Of a stretch of 29,704 bases of DNA, positions 23,474 to 29,704 are shown piece after piece. The stretch comes from Octopus sinensis (lineage: Eukaryota): NCBI RefSeq assembly GCF_006345805.1, contig NW_021832893.1:1-29704 (forward strand). Reading direction: 5' to 3'. The notes under the pieces are model-generated. The model saw only the letters and a list, made by a program, of their open reading frames with translations, made no database searches and had not been told where the DNA came from. Position 1 is the stretch's first letter, and the number at the start of each line of letters is the position of its first letter. The position numbers and the translations under genes are program-made.

Positions 23474-23968
23474 GTGAAGTGTATGATAAATAATTCTCTC
23501 AAAATGAATAATTTAACTGAATCAGAAAATCTTGATAAAGAGGAAAAGCCATATCACTTGAATATCTGTGGAAAATCATTTTCTTACAGTAGTGACGATG
23601 TTAGACACAAACTTACACATACGGGAGAGAAGCAATATTATTGTGAGATCTGTGGTAAATCATTCTCTTGTAATAGTAATTTGGTTGATCACAATCGCAT
23701 TCATACAGGAGAGAAACCATATCATTGCGATATCTGTGGTAAATCATTCTCTCGAAGTAGTCAATTGACTAGGCACAAACGTATTCATACGGGAGAGAGA
23801 CCTTATCATTGTGATATCTGTGGTAAATTATTCTCACTATATAATCACTTGACTAGCCACAGACTTACACATACAGGAGAGAAGCCATATCATTGCGATA
23901 TCTGTGGTAAATCTTTCTCTCAAAGTCATCAATTGACTAATCACAAGCGTACAAACCTGTCAAAGTGA
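23474..23968 (+). CDS. C2H2 zinc-finger protein, copy D (3 intact fingers plus degenerate first and truncated last)
   Basis: 164-aa ORF with a leader nearly identical to B. Helices CNSNLVD, RSSQLTR, LYNHLTS and QSHQLTN. It ends at a deletion junction. Confidence 0.8.
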   Translation: MKCMINNSLKMNNLTESENLDKEEKPYHLNICGKSFSYSSDDVRHKLTHTGEKQYYCEICGKSFSCNSNLVDHNRIHTGEKPYHCDICGKSFSRSSQLTRHKRIHTGERPYHCDICGKLFSLYNHLTSHRLTHTGEKPYHCDICGKSFSQSHQLTNHKRTNLSK

Positions 23969-24344
23969 CGTTCCTTCAATACTACCTTCCTCCCTGCCAG
24001 TTTTGAGCTATTTTGTCTTGCAAGGTCCTTGGGGACCATGTCGGTTTGTAAAATGGTTGACATTAGGAAATGCATTCTGCTGTAGAAAAGCCAAATCAGA
24101 CAAGGGAAACTGGTGCAGCTCATGGCTTTGTCAGCTCTGGTTGAAGCATCCAACATATGCCTGAATAGAAAACAAACATTAAACGATGTAGGAAGTATTC
24201 TTAGCAAGGTGAAGCGCTTGTCCTTTGACATGCACAACAGCAACTAACATTTTTCTCCTCTTATTCTCCTCCAAAGTATTGTGAACAAATATGCAAATAT
24301 TTGTTGCGTCTGTTATTTTATAATGAATACATGCAATGTGTCAA

Positions 24345-24500
24345 ATCACTGGCAGAAACTTCAGCACACCAGGCAAAATTGTTTTTGGTATTTCGTCTGT
24401 CTTTCCATTCTGTGTTGAAATTTTGCTGAGGTCGACTTTCACTTCCATTCTTTAAGGATTGATGAATTAAGTACCAGTTGCCTAATGCTGTCAACCTAAT
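24345..24500 (+). mobile_element. Old, degenerate SINE family 2 copy
   Basis: CTGGCAGAAAC...GGTATTTCGTCTG...GAGGTCGACTTT...GATGAATTAAGTACCAG. Confidence 0.65.
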
Positions 24501-24524
24501 CAATTTCGAATCTTGTGCCATGAG

Positions 24525-24960
24525 TAGAAAAGAGGGATCTTTTCAGTTTGAACGGCAGTGTTTTTCTAGTGGTGTTATATGAAATTGTCACCCATAATTA
24601 TGACCCTAGTATCGATCTATTGCATTTCAATCTCTTTTAGGGTTAGGGGTGGGGGGAAGGGTATATTTTTGGTTTCACAAATGTAAATAAACCCAATCTG
24701 TTTCTTAAACAAGGGACATATTCATATGGCACAGATGCGAACGTGTGACTTACCTACGTCGCCAACCTCCAAATACGGTTGTATTTCCTTGCAAACCCCC
24801 TCATACCATTGCCCACCGCATTTTACCACCCAGTATAAATTTTGGGGCCAATCCGACTCCATCTACCGCCCCTTAAATGGTTCCCATCCCAAAATGAGAC
24901 AAATAACCAAGAAATCAAACAACTTTTTCGCATTTCAGCTTCATAGATATTGATAATGGA
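24525..24960. repeat. Probable degenerate interspersed repeat(s)
   Basis: TTTAGGGTTAGGGGTGGGG tract and a TTTCAGCTTCATAGATAT end resembling a Helitron 5' end on the minus strand. Family not established. Confidence 0.3.
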
Positions 24961-24989
24961 TATAGATATAAATACAATCATAACAGTCT

Positions 24990-25440
24990 ACAAGGAGGCG
25001 AAGGTGTAACACAACTATAGCAAAAGATTTTTTAGAAGTAACTGAACAACAGTCTAGAAAATTGTCAAAAAATTTTAAGAGATTGGTTCCACGGCTGGGC
25101 GCCCTGGACGTGGCCAAAAAAGAAATGTGCGGACCCTTCAGCTTATCAAATGTATCAAAGAGAAGACACAGTGAAATCTTCGTCGTTCCCTCAGAAAACT
25201 GGATGCTACAGTAAAAATAAGCTGAACATCGGTGTATCCAAGCGCTGAAGGAGTGTCTCAGGACCCAACGATAAAAGATGATCCGTTGTCATGAGCTCAC
25301 ACAAGTTTACAAAGCCATGGAACTGGAGAGGAATCGTCTTAGCATGCGTGAGATTGTTGACGAAAAGGAATTTGACATCGAATAGATAGTAAACCAGCAG
25401 AATGGCCAGCCTTTGTGTGTATCTGGCTCCGTCGAGGGTG
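24990..25440 (+). mobile_element. Tc1/mariner (maT-like) transposase fossil
   Basis: Manual translation gives GRPGRGQKRNVRTLQLIKCIKEKTQ*NLRRSLRKL (DNA-binding region) and IVDEKEFDIE*IVNQQN (first catalytic Asp motif), with stops and frameshifts. Confidence 0.62.
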
Positions 25441-25489
25441 GATCGATAAATTGACGTCAATATGTGATGCTTGCATACTACTTCCAACA

Positions 25490-26050
25490 TAAAACCGAGC
25501 GACCATATCCATAACAGTGAGGTACTATCAAAATGCAGCATATCAGGTACTGGAGCCATCCTCATCACCATACAGTTGAGATGGTCAGGTCATCTCTCAC
25601 GTATTCCAAAGCAACTTCTCTTAGGCCAATTCCTATAAGGAAGGTCAGTTGAAAGGTCACTCCTACGCTTCAAAGGCAAACTAAAAAAACAATCTGAAGC
25701 GATGCAACATGCCCTTTTCTCCCTGGGAAACCAAAGCACCAGATCGCAGAAGCTAATACTAGACCTTCTTCTCGTCAGGTTTGAGAATAATCGGCTCCAA
25801 CAACGGGAACAACTTCGTGCAAGCATAAAGGTACGCTGGCAAAACACTATTCCACTAAATAGAAACCTCGCATGTCATTGTGGTTTTGGGGCACGAAGCA
25901 AAGCAGGCTTTATTGTCCGCTGAAGAAAACACATGGTAAATGATCCAGAAGCACTGAAACAAAGTGAGCACTCAACTGGTTTTATTTGCCAAAAGATTTG
26001 CAAGGCACCAGGGGGCATCAAGAGAGACATTCGCGTCCAGAGAACACGGT
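25490..26050 (+). mobile_element. RTE-clade LINE fossil (post-RT region and C-terminal Cys motifs)
   Basis: Manual translation gives DHIHNSEVLSKC...ILITIQLRWSGHLSRIPKQLLLG, WETKAPDR, RFENNR, CHCGF and [17 protein letters not shown]. Confidence 0.68.
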
Positions 26051-26102
26051 TAACACTTTATTTTACTGAACCTCTATTTGTTGTTCACGACGAGAGAATC
26101 CA

Positions 26103-26360
26103 TCATATATGTGTGTATGTGTGCATGTATGTGTATGTGTGTCTGTGTGCGTGTGTGTGTGTATGCGTGTGTGTGTCTGTGCATGTATGTGTGTATGCGT
26201 GTGTGTGTGCGCGCGTGTGCGTGTATATGTGTGTGTGCGTGTGTGTGTGTATGTGTGCGGGTGTGCGTGTGTGTGTATGTGTGTGTGCACGTGTGTGCAT
26301 GTATATGTGTGTGTGCGCGTGTATGAGTGTGTGTGTGTGTGTGTGTGTATTCACACAGTT
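26103..26360. repeat. Compound (GT)n microsatellite
   Basis: Directly visible. Confidence 0.97.
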
Positions 26361-26483
26361 TGATGTGTTGAATTGAACCAATCGCCCCCAGTAATTGTCT
26401 TTTCTCAGGCAGCTACTCATTCGTTCCTTCTCTCTTTTTGTTGAAGTGCCATGTTACAGGGACATGGACATAGCCAATAGAAT

Positions 26484-26578
26484 CCACACACACACACACA
26501 CACTTACGTACGCACATATACACACATGCACTCACGCATGAGTTCGCGCGCACACACGCACAAACACACACATATACG
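26484..26578. repeat. Compound (CA)n microsatellite
   Basis: Directly visible. Confidence 0.9.
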
Positions 26579-26726
26579 TTCCAATGCAAAGAAATGCAAA
26601 TTTTATTTTATTTATGAATATGTAATGAGCAAAACTGAAAGGAATTCTAAACATTTTAATTTTTATTAAAGACCACATTAATAAAGTAACTTATATCTGT
26701 GTACTCTTCATTTTTTTCTTGTTCAT

Positions 26727-27122
26727 TATGTATATATACATGTAGATATCTATATACGTATATATATACATGTATGTATGTATGTATGTATGTATGTATG
26801 CATGCATGCATGCATGTATGTATGTATATATGTATGCATCCATGCATGTATGTATGTATATATGTATGTATGTATGCATATATGAATGTATGTATGTATG
26901 CATGTATGTATGCATGTATGTATGCATGTATGTATGTATATATGTATGTATGTATATGTGTATGTATTTATGTAAGTATGTGTGTATGCATGCATGCATG
27001 CATGTATGTATGTATTTATGTATGTATGCATGCATGCATGTATGTATGTATGCATGCATGTATGTATGTGTGTATGTATGCATACATGCATGTATGTATG
27101 TATGTACGTACGTATGTATGTA
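26727..27122. repeat. Compound (TATG)/(CATG)n microsatellite
   Basis: Directly visible. Confidence 0.97.
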
Positions 27123-27238
27123 TTGCATCTTATTACAAGTCAGTAGCTTGCGGATTTTCCTGTCAATTTTCATTATTTCACTAGTATTCCAGTTGAGCAC
27201 ATTGAAGCTATAAAGAACAACTGGTACTGCTAAGGAAT
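27122..27238 (-). mobile_element. Fragment of a second, diverged R4/Dong element
   Basis: Translates to NSLAVPVVLYSFNVLNWNTSEIMKIDRKIRKLLTCNKM, homologous to NALAIPVVTYSFNIVNWSITEICQLDRKIRKLLTMHRM in the adjacent element. Confidence 0.75.
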
Positions 27239-27243
27239 TATTA

Positions 27244-27282
<39 letters not shown>

Positions 27283-29704
27283 GTTTGACTTTTGCTTTAT
27301 GTTTGTACAAGTTGGCTCCAAGTCTCACCCAGAGACCTCAAGAGACAACAGGTTGCCATATATTTGGGGGTTTTTGGTGTTGTACTAGTGAATGTCTAAT
27401 AAATAAATTTAAAAAAAAAAGTTTGTTTTAAACCTTGGGATTACATAGAGAGTATTTTGCGCAGGATATGAGCAGTTCCCTACCTTTTGAATTTCTGCCA
27501 TTTTGGGGTTTCCTGGTATCTGAGTTAGGTAGCAATCAGCCCCTTTCGCTATCATTCCCAGGGCACCTATGACAACAGGTATTATTTAAGTCTTCAGGTT
27601 CCATATTTTGCTGATTTCTATTTCAAGATCTTTATATTTGCTCAGTTTTTGGTAGGTCTTGACGGATACGTTTATATCGATTGGGACAGTCATATCTATG
27701 AGGAGGCATGTTCTTTGTCTGAAGTCTTTCAATATGATGTCTGGCCTATTTGCGTCTATCTTTCTGTCAGTTTGAATGGTGAAGTTCCAGAGGAGTGAGA
27801 TGTGGTCATTTTCAAGCGCTGAAGGTGGATTGTGTTCCCACCAGTTTTATTCATGGGGCAAATCCAGGTTTTTGCAAATTACCCAGTGAATATATTGTGC
27901 AGCTCTATCATGCCTGTTGAGGTACTCTGTAGGCGCTAGAAGACTGCATTTGGAGACAACATGATCAATGGTTTCATTTTGTTGTCAGCATGCATGACAT
28001 GTTGGGCTACTGCCGTTCTTTAATATGTTGGCCTGGTAGTTTCTTGTTGGTAGGCATTGATCTTGAGCTGCTATGATAAACCCTTCTGTTTCAGATTTTA
28101 AGCCAGAGGCCATTAGCCATTGATGGGTCAGGGCTTTGTCAATATCTGCATTATTCGCTCTCTTTGGGTATTTGCCATAGAGAGGTTTTTCTTGCCATTT
28201 ATTATTCAGAATATCTAGGGCCGCAGTTTTGGCATGGGTTTTCATGCGCATAGCTTTTTCTGTGCTTGTTTCTTGTATGTCTATCTCTAATTCCGAAATT
28301 TGTTGTATTCGGAATTCACTTAGATATTCCTTTGCCTGTTTTGTTACTGAGTATGATGCTTTCTTGTTTTCATGTTTTGAGACAAGTTTTAACATCCAGT
28401 CCTCAGACTTTTTCAGGTAGGTGTCTAGGCCAATTGTAGCAATCTTCATTGTTATTGCCAGTTGTAAAAGACCACGGCCTCCCTCTTTTCTTGGCAGATA
28501 AAGTCGTTCTGTATCTGCCTTAGGGTGGTGCATTCTATGCATTGTCAACAGTTTTCGTATTTTTCTGTCGAGCTGACATATTTCAGTAATTGACCAGTTA
28601 ACGATATTGAAACTGTAAGTTACGACTGGTATGGCTAATGCATTGATCGCTTCGATCCTGTTTCTTGCATTCAGCTCTGTCTTGAGTATTGCTCTCACTC
28701 TTCGATAACATTCTCTCCTGATCCTTTCCTTCATCTCTGAATGCCTTATTCCATTCCCCTAGGTACTTGTAGCTCTCCACTGGGTCTAGTTCTTTTATGA
28801 CATTCTGCTGGTCAAGGTTAACGTTAGATGTTTCTGTCATTTTTCCTTTGATAAAGGTAGCTTTTGCACATTTATCGAGGCTGAATTGCATTCTGATGTC
28901 GTCACTGAATTGTTTGACTATCGCTTGTAAGCCCTTGAGTTGTTGGTCACTTTTTGCAAAAAGCTTTAAATCATCCATGTAAATGAGATGGTTTATATTT
29001 TTATCAAACATTTTATACCCGTACTGCGCATCATTGAGCAGTTTTGAGAGAGGTATTAAGGCTAAACAAAAGAGGAGTGGTGACAGTGAGTCACCCTGGA
29101 AAATGCCACATGAAATTTTTACATCACCAGCATTTAGGGATTCATTGTCACTGTCCAGAGTTAGTGTGGTTCTCCGTGATCTCATACTTACAGTCAAAAA
29201 GTTTCGCAGAGTAGGTGCTATCTTATACATTTCCAGGCATTTCCTAATCCAGCTATGTGGTAGGCTATCAAAAGCCTTTTTATAGTCTATCCAGGCTATT
29301 GATAAGTTTTTGTGTCGTTTGACGATCTTCTAAGATCATCTTATTGATGAGTAGTTGATCTTTACAGCCGTAGGATCCACGTTTACATCCTTTCTGTTCA
29401 TTAGGGAATATGCTGCTGTCTGTTAAAAAACTATAAGTATATTCCGTCAGGACAGATGTTAGCGTTTTATACATAGTTGTTAAGCAGGTTATGGGTCTAT
29501 AGTTTTTTGGTTCATTTGTTTCTTCACTTTTTGGAAGCAGGAATGTTAACCCATTAACTAGCCAAGGAGGAATCCTACTAGGGTGTTGCAAAACATCATT
29601 GTAAAGTTCTGTTAGCAGTTCATGGCTCTCTGGGAAGACATTCAACCAGAAGTTAGGAATTTTATCCTTTCCTGGAGACTTCCATTTGCTTGACCTCCTG
29701 AGAG
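27237..29704 (-). mobile_element. R4/Dong-clade non-LTR retrotransposon (RT, CCHC, REL endonuclease), decayed, running off the window
   Basis: WKSPGKD, NYRPITCL, QKGC, DYKKAFDS, GIFQGDSLSPLLF, YMDD, QDQCLPT, CHAC-x7-H-x4-C, RHD, NRPDI...LIDMTVP and KLSKYKDL motifs. Frameshifts near 29325 and 28760, stops in the REL part, and a (TAA)n tail at 27237-27280. Confidence 0.9.

Noticed and set aside
24611-24660. TTAGGG-like tract as an interstitial telomere
   Set aside because: Only about two units inside a probable interspersed repeat.
25433-25440. Third TGACGTCA motif
   Set aside because: It sits at the end of the transposase fossil with no promoter context and is expected by chance.
26063-27213. 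Many 75-170 aa His/Thr-, Cys/Val- and Met/Tyr-rich ORFs (also 13143-13383, 22249-22521)
   Set aside because: They are translations of dinucleotide and tetranucleotide microsatellites, which lack stops in several frames.

Overview
Repeat-rich eukaryotic DNA. The zinc-finger style and SINE families look like an octopus (coleoid cephalopod) C2H2 zinc-finger cluster; this is recognition from memory, not a database search. Positions ~1.9-24 kb hold four related two-exon gene units (short non-coding exon 1, GTAAGT donor, intron, TTTCCTATTTCAG acceptor, one zinc-finger exon) arranged as a ~21-kb imperfect palindrome: A'(4320->1865, truncated) and B(12170->~7750) on the minus strand, an axis near 12.7 kb, then C(13810->~16900) and D(21480->~24200) on the plus strand. 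B, C and D keep ORFs with 6, 7 and 3 intact fingers, no KRAB/BTB/ZAD-type domain, near-constant scaffolds and different recognition helices. Diagnostic insertions group the four copies differently in different segments, which suggests recombination or gene conversion. The zinc-finger sequence next to A' is inverted, so a spliced A' transcript would be antisense to its paralogues. The window also contains a CR1 fragment, many tRNA-derived SINEs of two families, three non-autonomous Helitrons, Merlin-like MITEs, RTE fragments, a Tc1/mariner fossil, large microsatellites and a decayed R4/Dong element with a (TAA)n tail abutting an older relative. Identity figures are by-eye estimates from short stretches and many repeat boundaries are approximate. 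There is no expression evidence.
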